A stretch of DNA of 64,000 bases from an uncultured Gammaproteobacteria bacterium (GTDB lineage Bacteria; Patescibacteriota; Microgenomatia; CAYQLK01). The stretch is from assembly GCA_964404855.1 (NCBI GenBank), contig CAYOLO010000001.1, positions 443,009 through 507,008 of the forward strand, written 5' to 3'. This document shows positions 52,162 through 62,315 of this stretch, piece by piece. The notes under the pieces are model-generated. The model had not been told where the DNA came from. It made no database searches and saw only the letters and a list, made by a program, of their open reading frames with translations. Position numbers and translations under genes: made by a program. Each line of letters opens with the position of its first letter. Position 1 is the first letter of the stretch.

Positions 52162-52806
52162 CTAAAGCGGGATTTTTTTACGGTTTTTTTGGCGATACTC
52201 CCCTATCGCCTTATGGTGTCCACTAAAAAGAATTTCTGGAACTTTTTGACCACCAAAATCAGATGGTTCTGTATAAAGAGGGGTTTCGGTTAGGTTGCCT
52301 TGAAAGGTTTCGTCAATTAATGAGTCTGGGTTGAGTACATCTGGTAGTAGTCTGGTAACCGAGTCCAGCATTGAAAGGGCTGCAGTTTCGCCGCCAGTTG
52401 TTATGTAGTCGCCAATTGAAATTACCCGATCAACTAGTTCATAAATTCTGTAATCAAATCCTTGATAGTGCCCGCAGATAAGTGTAATTGAAGGTTTTTG
52501 AGATAAATTAGTTGCGGTATTCTGAGTGTAAGTGTCGCCTTTTGGGCAAAGTAGAATTGTTTCGGTTTTGGGGTCATCTGAGCGAATTTTTTTAATAGCA
52601 CGGTCAACGACATCTACTCTTAAGACCATCCCACCACCACCACCGTATGGTTTGCCGTCAACGCTTTTTCTGTCACCGACACCAAAATCTCTGAGATTAT
52701 AAATATTTATTTCGACTAAGCTATTTTTGACTGCCCTGCCGATTATTGAGGTTTGAATATAGGTATTAAAAATTTCGGGAAATAAGGTCAAAACATTGAT
52801 TGTCAT
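52162..52806 (-). CDS. trmD: tRNA (guanine-N1)-methyltransferase
   Basis: TLFPE, DGKPYGGG, ICGHYQGFD, SIGDY, SGHH. Confidence 0.96.
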   Translation of the reverse strand: MTINVLTLFPEIFNTYIQTSIIGRAVKNSLVEINIYNLRDFGVGDRKSVDGKPYGGGGGMVLRVDVVDRAIKKIRSDDPKTETILLCPKGDTYTQNTATNLSQKPSITLICGHYQGFDYRIYELVDRVISIGDYITTGGETAALSMLDSVTRLLPDVLNPDSLIDETFQGNLTETPLYTEPSDFGGQKVPEILFSGHHKAIGEYRQKNRKKIPL

Positions 52807-52842
52807 AGGTATTTTGATTGTAAGCTAATTTAAGGGGGGAAA

Positions 52843-53073
52843 TCAGGCAGCAACTTCAACTCTGCAGTATGTGCCCTGCTGAGTAGCTAAAATGCCTACC
52901 AACGAGCGAATAGAGCGGATAATGCGGCCATTCTTGCCGATTACCTGGCCAACATCTTCTTGGTGAACAGTAATTGTGAGTTTGGTCTCGCCTTCTGTGG
53001 TTTCTTCTGCAACTTCTACTGATTCTGGGTGGTCGACGATTGATTCAAGAATAAAAAGAACGAAATCTTTCAT
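52843..53073 (-). CDS. khpA: KH-domain RNA-binding protein KhpA
   Basis: DVGQVIGKNGR; between rpsP and trmD. Confidence 0.9.
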   Translation of the reverse strand: MKDFVLFILESIVDHPESVEVAEETTEGETKLTITVHQEDVGQVIGKNGRIIRSIRSLVGILATQQGTYCRVEVAA

Positions 53074-53300
53074 TATTTGGCCATTAATGATCTAACTGTT
53101 GGTGATAGTTGGGCGCCTTTTTTAACCCAAGCTTCGATTAGGTCTTTTTTGAGCTCAATTGAAGCAGGTTTAGTTTTTGGATCGTAAGTACCGAGGTTTT
53201 CGATGTATTTACCATCTCTTGGGCCGCGAGAATCGATTGCTACGACGCGGTAGCTAGGGCTTCCTCTTTTGCCTGTTCTAGTTAGTCTGATTTTTACCAT
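53073..53300 (-). CDS. rpsP: 30S ribosomal protein S16
   Basis: MVKIRLTR, YRVVAIDSR, RDG, GAQLS. Confidence 0.97.
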   Translation of the reverse strand: MVKIRLTRTGKRGSPSYRVVAIDSRGPRDGKYIENLGTYDPKTKPASIELKKDLIEAWVKKGAQLSPTVRSLMAK

Positions 53301-53381
53301 AAGATTTTTCTAAATATAGATTTATGTTCAAGCAGATTATACTGGCTAATAAAGACGTGTCAAGCTTGATGATGTTTTTAG

Positions 53382-54116
53382 TTATTTTTCAATTAGCTTG
53401 TTAAGGGCAGCTTTGGCGGCATCCTGTTGGGCTTCTTGCTTGCTGTTGCCAATACCAGTACCAGAAACGAGGCGATTAATCATGACTTCGACGGTAAAAG
53501 TTTTGGCGTGATCGGGTCCGCTTTCGGATACGGTTTTATAAAATGGAGAACTTTTGAAACGTTTTTGGACAATTTCTTGTAATCTGCTTTTGGGGTCAAG
53601 TAGCGAACTTTCGAGGTCACTCGATGGACCTTTAAGTAATGTACGGAAGATGAATTTTTTGGAGGCGAGCATGCCAAGATCAAGGAAAATTGCTCCAAGC
53701 ACTGCCTCGTAAGTATTGGCAAGAATTGATTTGGTTTTTGTCCCACCTCTTTCGTGCTCGCCTTTGGATAAAAACAAAAACTTAGCCAAATCAAGTTGGG
53801 TTGTCATATCGGCAAGACTTTCGGTTCTAACAAGAACTGAACGGTAGTGAGTAAGTATTCCCTCCTTTTGGTCGGGATAAGTAAGATAGAGGTGTTCAGA
53901 CACAATTAAAGATAAAACGCTGTCGCCAAGGAATTCTAGTCTTTCGTTGTCGTGCGTAAAAACAGTGTCTGGGGCCGATACTTCGTTTAGATATGATCTG
54001 TGGACAAAAGCGTTGGCAAGAAGTTTTGGGTTTTTGAATTTAACGTTAAGGGCTTTTTCTGCTAGCGCAATTGGGAAGTTATCAAAAAGTAGCTCTGTAT
54101 TGGATTTTTTGGTCAC
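53382..54116 (-). CDS. rnc: Ribonuclease III
   Basis: NERLEFLGDS, dsRBD (DPKSRLQE, GPDH); start reassigned to GTG 54116. Confidence 0.95.
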   Translation of the reverse strand: MTKKSNTELLFDNFPIALAEKALNVKFKNPKLLANAFVHRSYLNEVSAPDTVFTHDNERLEFLGDSVLSLIVSEHLYLTYPDQKEGILTHYRSVLVRTESLADMTTQLDLAKFLFLSKGEHERGGTKTKSILANTYEAVLGAIFLDLGMLASKKFIFRTLLKGPSSDLESSLLDPKSRLQEIVQKRFKSSPFYKTVSESGPDHAKTFTVEVMINRLVSGTGIGNSKQEAQQDAAKAALNKLIEK

Positions 54117-54129
54117 AATTAAAAATATT

Positions 54130-54360
54130 TTATAGTTTGTCTTCGACTTCGGTTGCAAGGTCGTGGACAGTATTAACCAGTTCAATGTCGGTGTGTGATA
54201 GGTCAATGTCAAATTCTTCTTCAAGGGCCGCAACAGTGTCTCTGATTTCTAGCTCTGAGAGGTTGAGGTCAATCCTTAGGTCAGAAGATTCAGTTACATC
54301 TTCTAATAGATTGCCTGTGGTTTCTGCAACGGTTTTGATGACTTGTGTAATAGTTTCCAT
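54130..54360 (-). CDS. Acyl carrier protein-like protein lacking the canonical DSL serine
   Basis: ALEEEFDI, TVHD, acidic 76 aa, upstream of rnc; DLNLSELE in place of DLGADSLD. Confidence 0.8.
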   Translation of the reverse strand: METITQVIKTVAETTGNLLEDVTESSDLRIDLNLSELEIRDTVAALEEEFDIDLSHTDIELVNTVHDLATEVEDKL

Positions 54361-54407
54361 ATGTCTATTTGGTATCTTACAAGAAAAAAATATCAAAAAA
54401 CAACCCT

Positions 54408-54809
54408 TTATTCTGCTTTGGGTTCTGTTTCTGCTTCTGTGGCGGACTCTGGTTGGGGTATTTCTTTAACAACGGAGCCTAAAACGCCATTAATAAACGA
54501 GCTGGTATGTTCGTTGCCGAATTCTTTGCCTAGCTCAATTGCTTCGTCAATTACAACTTTTTGAGGTTGGCTTTTGTCGATTATTAGTTCATAAACTGCA
54601 AGTCGCAAAACTGCTAAGTCGATTTTTGAAATTTGCTCTATTGGCCAAGCGGGGGCATTTTTGGCAATTTCTAGGTCTATTTCAGTAATTGAACTGGTGA
54701 TTGGTAGGATTTCGGAAAAGTCTGCTTGATTGTGATCAAATTCATAAGCAAAAAGCATTCTGACAAGCTTAATGCGATGTTTGTGGCGTGGGTCAGTTTT
54801 GGATTTCAT
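54408..54809 (-). CDS. nusB: Transcription antitermination factor NusB
   Basis: DLAVLRLAVYEL, VVIDEAIELGKEFG, FINGVL. Confidence 0.95.
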   Translation of the reverse strand: MKSKTDPRHKHRIKLVRMLFAYEFDHNQADFSEILPITSSITEIDLEIAKNAPAWPIEQISKIDLAVLRLAVYELIIDKSQPQKVVIDEAIELGKEFGNEHTSSFINGVLGSVVKEIPQPESATEAETEPKAE

Positions 54810-54865
54810 AAATACTAACTTTATTTAAGATTATACCTAAATAAGTAGTAAGTCGTTAGCTTGTT

Positions 54866-55033
54866 TTAGTAACTGCGAGTTTTGTAAGTATTGCAGCTCG
54901 GGCAAATTCGGTGTGGAAGTTTTGGTGAATTACAGTTTTTGCACGAAACAGTTCGGACGCTTGCAACACTTAGGGTTGCTCGTCTTTTGCCTTGTCGGAC
55001 TTTAGATAGATGTTTTTTTGGTACTGGTGCCAT
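54866..55033 (-). CDS. rpmF: 50S ribosomal protein L32
   Basis: Manual translation MAPVPKKHLSKVRQGKRR...CKNC...PHRICPSC (55 aa). Confidence 0.93.
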   Translation of the reverse strand: MAPVPKKHLSKVRQGKRRATLSVASVRTVSCKNCNSPKLPHRICPSCNTYKTRSY

Positions 55034-55093
55034 TTATTTAATTTGTTATTTAAGCCTGCGAATTATATACAGAGGTAATTTTTAAGTCAACAT

Positions 55094-55132
55094 AAAAAAA
55101 TCCCCCACAAGTTTTAACGCTTGCGGGGGGAT
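55094..55132 (-). terminator. Intrinsic terminator
   Basis: ATCCCCC...GGGGGAT stem followed by a U tract on the minus strand. Confidence 0.7.
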
Positions 55133-55140
55133 GGTTGTGG

Positions 55141-55419
55141 TCAGATAGTGAGTCTGATGAGAGTATCCATGGCTTCAGCAAGAAGCGCTTTGTTGGCTTC
55201 TCCAAGACGGCTGTTTTTTTCGAGCAGTCGAAGCTTGTTGGCTACAACATGGTCAATAATCAGGCGGACGCATTCGGGATCGCGACGATTGGGAGTTTCC
55301 AGACAGTGAGCCAACTCCCTATCGAGGTCGCGGACGTCAGGAGTGCTTTGATCGGTTGGGGTGGTCTTCACGCCTTTCCCTCCCTTTTTTTCCTTTTTGG
55401 ATTTTTTCGACTTAGACAA
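55141..55419 (-). CDS. Hypothetical islet protein with Lys-rich N-terminus
   Basis: TTG start after AGGAG; MSKSKKSKKEKKGGKG...; own terminator. Confidence 0.6.
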   Translation of the reverse strand: MSKSKKSKKEKKGGKGVKTTPTDQSTPDVRDLDRELAHCLETPNRRDPECVRLIIDHVVANKLRLLEKNSRLGEANKALLAEAMDTLIRLTI

Positions 55420-55505
55420 TTCAATTACTCCTATGTAAGGTGCGATTTCTGACGGGAATTTTAGACCAAATGAAACCAATATTCAATACTAGAGGATATA
55501 AACTA

Positions 55506-57512
55506 TTAATCGATTGGATCCGGTGTGGCAAACGATTGTAAATACTCTTTGATATAAGGATTGGTGAGTTCTGGATCGGCAAGTAAGATTTTGTCTGCGA
55601 TATTAGAGGCTTTTTTTATTTCTTCAATTGATGATAGATCAGCGATTTTGAAGTTACCTTTACCGTGTTGCAGGTAGCCATATGTTTCGCCGGCACCTCT
55701 GGTTTTAAGATCAAGTAGGGCAAGCTTGCCGCCGTCGTGTTCACTTACGAAGTGTTTAAGTCGTTGTGAGTCGGTTTTGTCTTTGGAATGAAACAAAAAA
55801 CAGAACGCTTCTTGTCCCCGTCTACCAATACGGCCTCTAAGTTGATGAAGTTGAGATAGACCAAATCTTTCGGAAGAGCTAATAACAAGAATTGAAAGGT
55901 CGGGAATGTCGATACCAACCTCAACAACTGGTGTAGACACCAGAATAGAGCCTGGGCTACTTGCAAAATCAGATAGAATTTGATCTTTTTCAGCAGATTT
56001 AAGCTTGCCGTGAAGTAAAAAGACCTTTTGAGCGCCGAAGTATTTATCTACTTCTAGAAATAGTTTTTTGACGGACTCAATCTCTCCCATAGTTGTTTCA
56101 GACTCTTCAATAATTGGTGCAATAAATAGTGCACTGTTGCCTTTTTTTAACTCGCTTTCAATAAATTTGTATGCTTTTGGTTTTTGGCTTGAGGTCAGAA
56201 TATGGCTTGCAACCTTGCGATGTCCTTTTGGAAAAGATTTGATTTGGCTAAGGTCAACATCACCATAAATAGTAAGAGCAATGGTTCTAGGAATTGGGGT
56301 TGCAGTTAGTGAAAGAAAATGAGGGTAAATATTTTTGCGCGCGCCGAGACCAAATATTTTGGATCTTTGATTAACGCCGAAGCGGTGCTGTTCGTCGACG
56401 ATGACAAGGCCAACCTTATTTTTCTTAAAGTGTTCTAAAGCTTTTTTTTCAAGGAGTGCGTGTGTGCCAATCGTAATATCTTTGCCCCAGATTTTTTTGC
56501 TGCCGGTAAAAATACCGATATCAAGATTGGGGAAAAACTTTTGTAGTGAGCTAAGGTGCTGGTTGGCTAAGATTTCGGTTGGAGCAAGAATTATTGTTTG
56601 TAGGTCGTTACTTGCAGTAATTGCTCCAGCGATTCCTGCAACAATGGTTTTCCCAGAGCCCACGTCACCTTGAATAATGCGGTTGGCCGGTTCGGCTTTT
56701 TTGAAGTCAACAACAATATCCTCAATAGCTTGGAGTTGATCATCGGTTAGGGTTAGAGATAGATTTTTGAGAATATTTGCTACAGGAAAGCTTTTGTACT
56801 TATTAGTCAAAAGTTTTTTTTGCCATTTTTTGCGTCTTAAACTATTAGCAAGACGGACTAGAACAACCTCATCGACAGCAAGTCTTTTTTTAGCCTTTTC
56901 TACCAAAGTTAAGTCTTCGGGGTTGTGAATAATTTCTAGTGATTGGAAAAGGTCTAAAGTTTTGTCGTCTAAATAATTTTTAATGAAGTCTAGTTTGGAA
57001 AAATTAATATCTGAGTGAAGGATTTTTTGGATATTCTTACTGAAGAACTTGTTGGTAAGTCCTGAGGTTAAGGGGTAAATTGTCGAAAATTTTGAAACCT
57101 CTTCTTCAATGGGACTAAAACTAGGATTAGTAATTGAGATTTGGTTACGGTAAGCGGTTAGTTTGCCATAAAAATAATAAGACTGATTTTTTTTAAGTTC
57201 GGCTGTTATATATGGAGGACCAAAGAACATAAATGTTTTGCGAACCTTGCCATCGAAAACCGTAACTGCGGTTAAGTTGCGCCCCGTTCTGGCTCTTAGG
57301 AAGGCCTTACTGATAACAGTTGCGCGAGTAGTTATTTCTTCATCAAGGTGTGCGTCAAACTCGTGGAGTGAAATGGTTTGAGAGAAGTCGTTGTATCTTT
57401 TGGGTAGGTGGAAAAGCAGGTCGCGGACGGTAAATATTTTAAGCCTTGCTAGTTTATCAGCACTTTTGTCGCCGATACCAGAAACGGTCGCGACTGAATC
57501 AGAGAGTTGCAT
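55506..57512 (-). CDS. recG: ATP-dependent DNA helicase RecG
   Basis: QGDVGSGKT, DEQHRFG, TATPIPRT, QLHQLRGRIGR. Confidence 0.96.
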   Translation of the reverse strand: MQLSDSVATVSGIGDKSADKLARLKIFTVRDLLFHLPKRYNDFSQTISLHEFDAHLDEEITTRATVISKAFLRARTGRNLTAVTVFDGKVRKTFMFFGPPYITAELKKNQSYYFYGKLTAYRNQISITNPSFSPIEEEVSKFSTIYPLTSGLTNKFFSKNIQKILHSDINFSKLDFIKNYLDDKTLDLFQSLEIIHNPEDLTLVEKAKKRLAVDEVVLVRLANSLRRKKWQKKLLTNKYKSFPVANILKNLSLTLTDDQLQAIEDIVVDFKKAEPANRIIQGDVGSGKTIVAGIAGAITASNDLQTIILAPTEILANQHLSSLQKFFPNLDIGIFTGSKKIWGKDITIGTHALLEKKALEHFKKNKVGLVIVDEQHRFGVNQRSKIFGLGARKNIYPHFLSLTATPIPRTIALTIYGDVDLSQIKSFPKGHRKVASHILTSSQKPKAYKFIESELKKGNSALFIAPIIEESETTMGEIESVKKLFLEVDKYFGAQKVFLLHGKLKSAEKDQILSDFASSPGSILVSTPVVEVGIDIPDLSILVISSSERFGLSQLHQLRGRIGRRGQEAFCFLFHSKDKTDSQRLKHFVSEHDGGKLALLDLKTRGAGETYGYLQHGKGNFKIADLSSIEEIKKASNIADKILLADPELTNPYIKEYLQSFATPDPID

Positions 57513-57545
57513 AAGTAAATGGAATTATAAGCTTTTGAGGCAAAA

Positions 57546-57683
57546 CTAGGAGTAAGCTAAGGGCAAAAGGATTGAGGAGAGAATAATGATTACTCCAGCA
57601 ATTAGAGCTAAGATTTTGGCTACTAATTTAAAATGCTTTTTGCGTGGAAGTAGCTTGCGAGGTTTAACTGTTATTTTTTTCAT
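57546..57683 (-). CDS. Small basic single-TM protein (45 aa)
   Basis: Manual translation MKKITVKPRKLLPRKKHFKLVAKILALIAGVIIILSSILLPLAYS. Confidence 0.6.
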   Translation of the reverse strand: MKKITVKPRKLLPRKKHFKLVAKILALIAGVIIILSSILLPLAYS

Positions 57684-57783
57684 TCTCTTTATTTTATTTT
57701 TCGTGTTTCACGAAAAGCAAGGTGTAGCGAAAACTGAATGAAATTATACAAGAGGTATTAATTTTATGAATTTTCGCGAGCAC

Positions 57784-58932
57784 TTATTTTTCAATTTTAA
57801 TTTTTCTCCCCTTTTTTTTAAGGGAAATCGTTATTTCATTTTTGTTACCGATAATATTGCCAATAGGTTCGAATGGGTTATTAAATATCTTATCGTCAAT
57901 GTAGACTCCTTCTGATATTTTTCTCTTGGCATCAGAATTTGATTCTGCGATTGCTGTTCCAGCTATGACACTAGATAGTGTGGCATTAACAGAAGCGTCT
58001 GGAAATTTGGCTGAAAGTGATATTTTTTGACTAACAAAATCTTGTAAGTTGCCTGGTTCTAGGTCTGGATAGATTTTGGAAATATAGTATTCAGCGAGTT
58101 CTGTATAGTTGGGATTATTTTGAAATTGATTTATTTTCTCTTTTTCCCAATCTGTTGCACCTTCTGCGTAAGCAATCAGTAGTTTATTTGGAATCTTGCT
58201 TACTTTGTCTCGAATGTCTGCTGGGGTATCAGAAATTGCAATCATATTGCCAGTGGTTTTGCCGGCTTTTTCGCCTTTTTCATCCACTAATAATCGATTG
58301 GTTAGAACGAATTTTTCTTTGTTGTTTTTTTTGCGCATTAGTTCTTTGCCAATTAACATATTGAAGGTTTGGTCAGCTCCGCCAAGTTCTAGATCGATAT
58401 TAAGTTTGTCACTGTCGATTGCCTGCATAATTGGATACATAAGCTCAGACATAGCCAGAGACGAACCTTTTTTTAGTCTTTCTTGAAATAAATCTCTTTC
58501 AATGATTTGGGCGTGAGTGAAAAAACTTAAGTACTCAAGCATTTCAGAGAGGTCCATTTTGTCTAGCCACTCAGAGTTGTATTTGATGTGATCATCGTCT
58601 ACTTCTGGAAAGAAAAGTCTGATTTGTCTGACGTAGTCGGAGGCATTTTCTTTGACTTGGTCGATGGTGAGTTTGGTGCGGGTTTCTGCTTTATCTGGAT
58701 CACCAATGCGGGCAGTAAAGGTGCCAATTACCACAAAAACATCGTGTCCGAGTAGGTGAAATGCGCGAAGTTTTAAAAGATTAACTACATGACCAAGGTG
58801 GAGTGTGTTGCCAGTTGGGTCGAAGCCGCAGTAGATGCGAAGTTTTCTGGTATCAAGTGCGGTTTTGAGCGAGTCGTTATCAGGATATATTTTGTCGACC
58901 CCGCGGGTTAAAACTTCGTCTAGGCTTTGCAT
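57784..58932 (-). CDS. tyrS: Tyrosine--tRNA ligase
   Basis: YCGFDPT, HLGH, YPIMQAID, GGADQ; start reassigned to ATG 58932. Confidence 0.95.
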   Translation of the reverse strand: MQSLDEVLTRGVDKIYPDNDSLKTALDTRKLRIYCGFDPTGNTLHLGHVVNLLKLRAFHLLGHDVFVVIGTFTARIGDPDKAETRTKLTIDQVKENASDYVRQIRLFFPEVDDDHIKYNSEWLDKMDLSEMLEYLSFFTHAQIIERDLFQERLKKGSSLAMSELMYPIMQAIDSDKLNIDLELGGADQTFNMLIGKELMRKKNNKEKFVLTNRLLVDEKGEKAGKTTGNMIAISDTPADIRDKVSKIPNKLLIAYAEGATDWEKEKINQFQNNPNYTELAEYYISKIYPDLEPGNLQDFVSQKISLSAKFPDASVNATLSSVIAGTAIAESNSDAKRKISEGVYIDDKIFNNPFEPIGNIIGNKNEITISLKKKGRKIKIEK

Positions 58933-59024
58933 GGCTTTTATTTTTACATAAATACAGGCTAATTCCAAATACATTAGTACTTGTCGATTTGTTTACGGCG
59001 AACTGGATTGTTAGAATAATAAGG

Positions 59025-61622
59025 ATGTTGAAGGTTCCACAGTCTTCTGGTCATAAAAGACCAGTCTATTTTTCCGGCACAACTAAAAGATTACTTTTTT
59101 CGCGTAAAAGCAAAAAGGCCAAACTTGTGGCGTTTGCAACGACCGCTTTGATAGCAGGTTTGGTTGTAATGATTGTTTTTATCGGAATTCTTTTTGCAAT
59201 TGTTTCAAGGAGTTTGCCCTCGCCGACAAAACTTACAGAAAGGGATCAAGAGTTGTCGACGAAGATTCTGGACAGAAATGGCAAGCTTCTTTATGACGTT
59301 TATGGCAACGAAAACAGGTCACTCGTTGAGCTAAAGAGTCTCCCGCCATATGTTCCACAAGCATCGATTGCAATTGAAGACCAGAATTTTTATAAACACG
59401 GAGGTTTTAGTCCGGTTGGTTTTATTCGTGGTTTTGTAAAAACTGTGTTTTTTGGTGACACTCAGGGTGGTTCGACGATTACTCAACAGTTGGTTAAAAA
59501 AGCCTTATTAACTGATGAGCAGACTTTGACACGTAAGTTTAAGGAATTTATTTTGGCTGTTCAAATCGAGGGAAAATACTCCAAAGATGAAATACTGCAG
59601 ATCTATCTTAATGAGATTCCATACGGTGGTACTGCTTCTGGAATTGAAGCTGCTGCGCAGTTATATTTTGGTAAAACCTCAAAAGATTTAACTCTTACCG
59701 AAGCAGTAATTTTGGCTGGACTTCCTCAGAGGCCGACATATCTGTCGCCTTTTGGTCAGAACCCAACTGCATATATTGATAGGTCAAAAGATGTAGCAAG
59801 AAGGATGCGAGAGGATAATTACATTACCAAAGAACAAGAAGAGCAGATTGTATCAGAACTACCCAGTGTGGTTTTTGCGAAATCAAACGAAACCTTCAAA
59901 GCTCCACATTTCGTTTTTTATATTCGTGAACAGTTAGAACAAGAGTACGGCGAATCAGTTGTGCAATCTGGAGGTTTAAAAGTTACGACGAGTTTGGATT
60001 TGGATTTGCAGGAAGAAGCTCAAAAAATCGTATATGACGAGGTAACCAAGCTTGCCGATCTTAATGCTACCAACGGTGCTGCGGTAGTGACTGATCCAAA
60101 AAATGGTGAGATTTTGGCAATGATTGGTTCGAAAGATTATTTTGATGAAGAGTATGACGGTAAATATAATGTTGCAACAGCTTTAAGACAACCAGGGTCT
60201 TCAATTAAGCCTGTGACATATGCAACCGCAATAGAGGAGGGTGTGCCATCTAGCACTGTGATTATGGATACACCGACGGAGTTCCCTGGTGGGGCCGGAC
60301 AGCCACCCTACAAGCCTGTGAACTACGATAGTAAGTTTCATGGCCCAACTCAGCTTAGATTTGCTTTAGCTAACTCTTATAATATTCCCGCCGTTAAGTT
60401 ACTAGCTATGGTTGGCGTAAAAAGCATGCTACAGACAGCCTACGACATGGGGCTTTCGACTCTTGAGCCGACGAATGAGAACATGAAACGATTTGGATTG
60501 TCAGTTACCTTAGGAGGTGGCGAAGTTAAGTTAATTGATATGACCACGGCTTTTGGAGTATTTGCTAATGGTGGTCGTAGACAAGAACCTGTTTCGATAT
60601 TAAAAATTGAAGACCGTAAAGGCAAAACACTTAAAGAAAATAAACCTAAAGAAGGGCCAAAAGTTCTAAGTGAAGAAACCTCATTTATTATTTCTCATTT
60701 CTTGTTAGACAATTCTGCGAGGTCATCGGCTTTTGGTGCTGGATCAAGCTTGGTAGTGCCAGGAAAGACTGTTTCAGTCAAAACCGGTACAACGGATGAC
60801 AAGCGCGATAACTGGACGATTGGATACACACCATCAGTCGTTGTGGGCGTTTGGGTTGGTAACAATGACAATAGTGCGATGAATCCTAAGATTTCTTCAG
60901 GACTAACAGGAGCTTCCCCAATTTGGAATAAAATCATGAGTTATGCTTTAAAAGACAAAAAAAGTGAAGATTTTAAGGTGCCTTCAAATGTGACCTCTCA
61001 AGTAATTGATGCAATTGGTGGTGGTAAGCCTTGTCGGGATTTTGCAACGAGAGCTGAATATTTTGTAAAAGGCACAGAACCTTCGGAAGATTGTTTGAAG
61101 TTTAAGAAGGTAAAGGTAAGTAAATCTACGGGCAAACTTGCTAACGACTTGGAGATAGCTAAGGGTGAATATGACGAAAAAGAGTATTTTGTTTTTAACG
61201 AAGAGGATCCGATTTCGACGGACGGTAAGAATCGTTGGCAAGAAGGAATTAATGCTTGGGCGGCGACCCAAACCGATGAAAGATATCGTCCTCCAACAGA
61301 GAATTCTGATGGTAAATCATCTGTTTCTGATACGGATGTGATTCTTGATATGGATAGACCAAGGGACAAAGATCAAGTTGAGTTGAAGGTCACGATTAAG
61401 GCTAAGGTTACGGTTAAAGACGATAGTAATGTTGAAAAGTGTGAATTGTATATCGATGACAATAAAGTCAAAACAAATCAAGGCTTAAGCCCTGAGTTTG
61501 AGTATCTATTTACTGATGGTCAAAAAGGTAAACATAAGATTAGAGTGGCATGTAATCTCAAAAACGGTGGTGTTGGTAGCAAAGAGATAAATGTGTCTGT
61601 TGGCCAACCTTGGGTGGATTAG
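59025..61622 (+). CDS. Class A penicillin-binding protein (PBP1A family) with C-terminal Ig-like domain
   Basis: EDQNF, GGSTITQQ, RKFKE, SSIK, SYN, KTGT. Confidence 0.95.
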   Translation: MLKVPQSSGHKRPVYFSGTTKRLLFSRKSKKAKLVAFATTALIAGLVVMIVFIGILFAIVSRSLPSPTKLTERDQELSTKILDRNGKLLYDVYGNENRSLVELKSLPPYVPQASIAIEDQNFYKHGGFSPVGFIRGFVKTVFFGDTQGGSTITQQLVKKALLTDEQTLTRKFKEFILAVQIEGKYSKDEILQIYLNEIPYGGTASGIEAAAQLYFGKTSKDLTLTEAVILAGLPQRPTYLSPFGQNPTAYIDRSKDVARRMREDNYITKEQEEQIVSELPSVVFAKSNETFKAPHFVFYIREQLEQEYGESVVQSGGLKVTTSLDLDLQEEAQKIVYDEVTKLADLNATNGAAVVTDPKNGEILAMIGSKDYFDEEYDGKYNVATALRQPGSSIKPVTYATAIEEGVPSSTVIMDTPTEFPGGAGQPPYKPVNYDSKFHGPTQLRFALANSYNIPAVKLLAMVGVKSMLQTAYDMGLSTLEPTNENMKRFGLSVTLGGGEVKLIDMTTAFGVFANGGRRQEPVSILKIEDRKGKTLKENKPKEGPKVLSEETSFIISHFLLDNSARSSAFGAGSSLVVPGKTVSVKTGTTDDKRDNWTIGYTPSVVVGVWVGNNDNSAMNPKISSGLTGASPIWNKIMSYALKDKKSEDFKVPSNVTSQVIDAIGGGKPCRDFATRAEYFVKGTEPSEDCLKFKKVKVSKSTGKLANDLEIAKGEYDEKEYFVFNEEDPISTDGKNRWQEGINAWAATQTDERYRPPTENSDGKSSVSDTDVILDMDRPRDKDQVELKVTIKAKVTVKDDSNVEKCELYIDDNKVKTNQGLSPEFEYLFTDGQKGKHKIRVACNLKNGGVGSKEINVSVGQPWVD

Positions 61623-61659
61623 TTTTCCTAACAATAATAAACAAAATATTTTTGGCAAG

Positions 61660-61692
61660 AAAAAAGGCCGGAGCTTTGTGGGCTCCGGCCTT
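61660..61692 (-). terminator. Intrinsic terminator of candidate RNA 2
   Basis: AAGGCCGGAGC-7nt-GCTCCGGCCTT then U tract. Confidence 0.85.
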
Positions 61693-62309
61693 AACGGCGG
61701 AATTGGCGAATTTGTTTTCTGTCGCTTCGCCGGCTACGACTTTTCTTTAAGTCCCTGTAACGCTGGGCAGCGGTGAGGCGTTATACCGTGTCGCGACTAA
61801 TGGCCTGGCGTTCAGGCCTGCGCTGCATGATTACTCTCCTCTCTTAACCCTTTACCGTGCTTATGGGATTGCCTTTAAGGTTGTCTCCTTGAAATAAGAA
61901 AGAAAACAACATTTTGGGCTACACGGAAGGTGAAGTCCGAGTCGGGCGACGTTTCTTGACTGACGGTCGCCTACGCTTGCCCTCATTTCGGTAGAGGGCT
62001 TTTTGAAGGGGGCTGATCCACTTCTTGTTGCAGATTGCTTATAGGGCTTACTGCAAGGTTGAAGCTAAACAGCCTGACAGAATCAGACATCCATATGTGG
62101 TCGTGCTCCTTTTACTGCCCTTGGTTTTTTCTGCCGCGCATTTGGTGCGGGATTACCTTGGGCGGTTTGGTCGATGAGGTCACGAAAAAAATGGAGTCCT
62201 CGGCCACCTTCTATTGGCTTGTTACAGACCAGAAGGATTTGGCGGCCTCATGTCCTTATTACCTCCACGTAATATGAAAGAACTATGAACAGCAATTAAG
62301 CTATCCATT
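61660..62309 (-). ncRNA. Candidate large structured RNA 2 (~650 nt), possibly carrying micro-ORFs
   Basis: Consensus promoter, boxA-like leader, many hairpins, strong terminator, only very short SD-led ORFs. Confidence 0.5.
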
Positions 62310-62315
62310 GCGATA

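Noticed and set aside
57784-58932. Inactive TyrS because KMSKS reads KAGKT
   Set aside because: Both lysines are kept, other motifs are intact, and KxGKT/S variants are normal in TyrRS
61926-62090. RNase P RNA on the + strand (GAAGTCCG ... GACAGAATC)
   Set aside because: P4 partner CGGCUUA is missing, the spacing is too short, and promoter and terminator point to the minus strand
61660-62309. CsrB/RsmZ-like GGA sponge
   Set aside because: About a dozen GGA in 650 nt is close to random expectation
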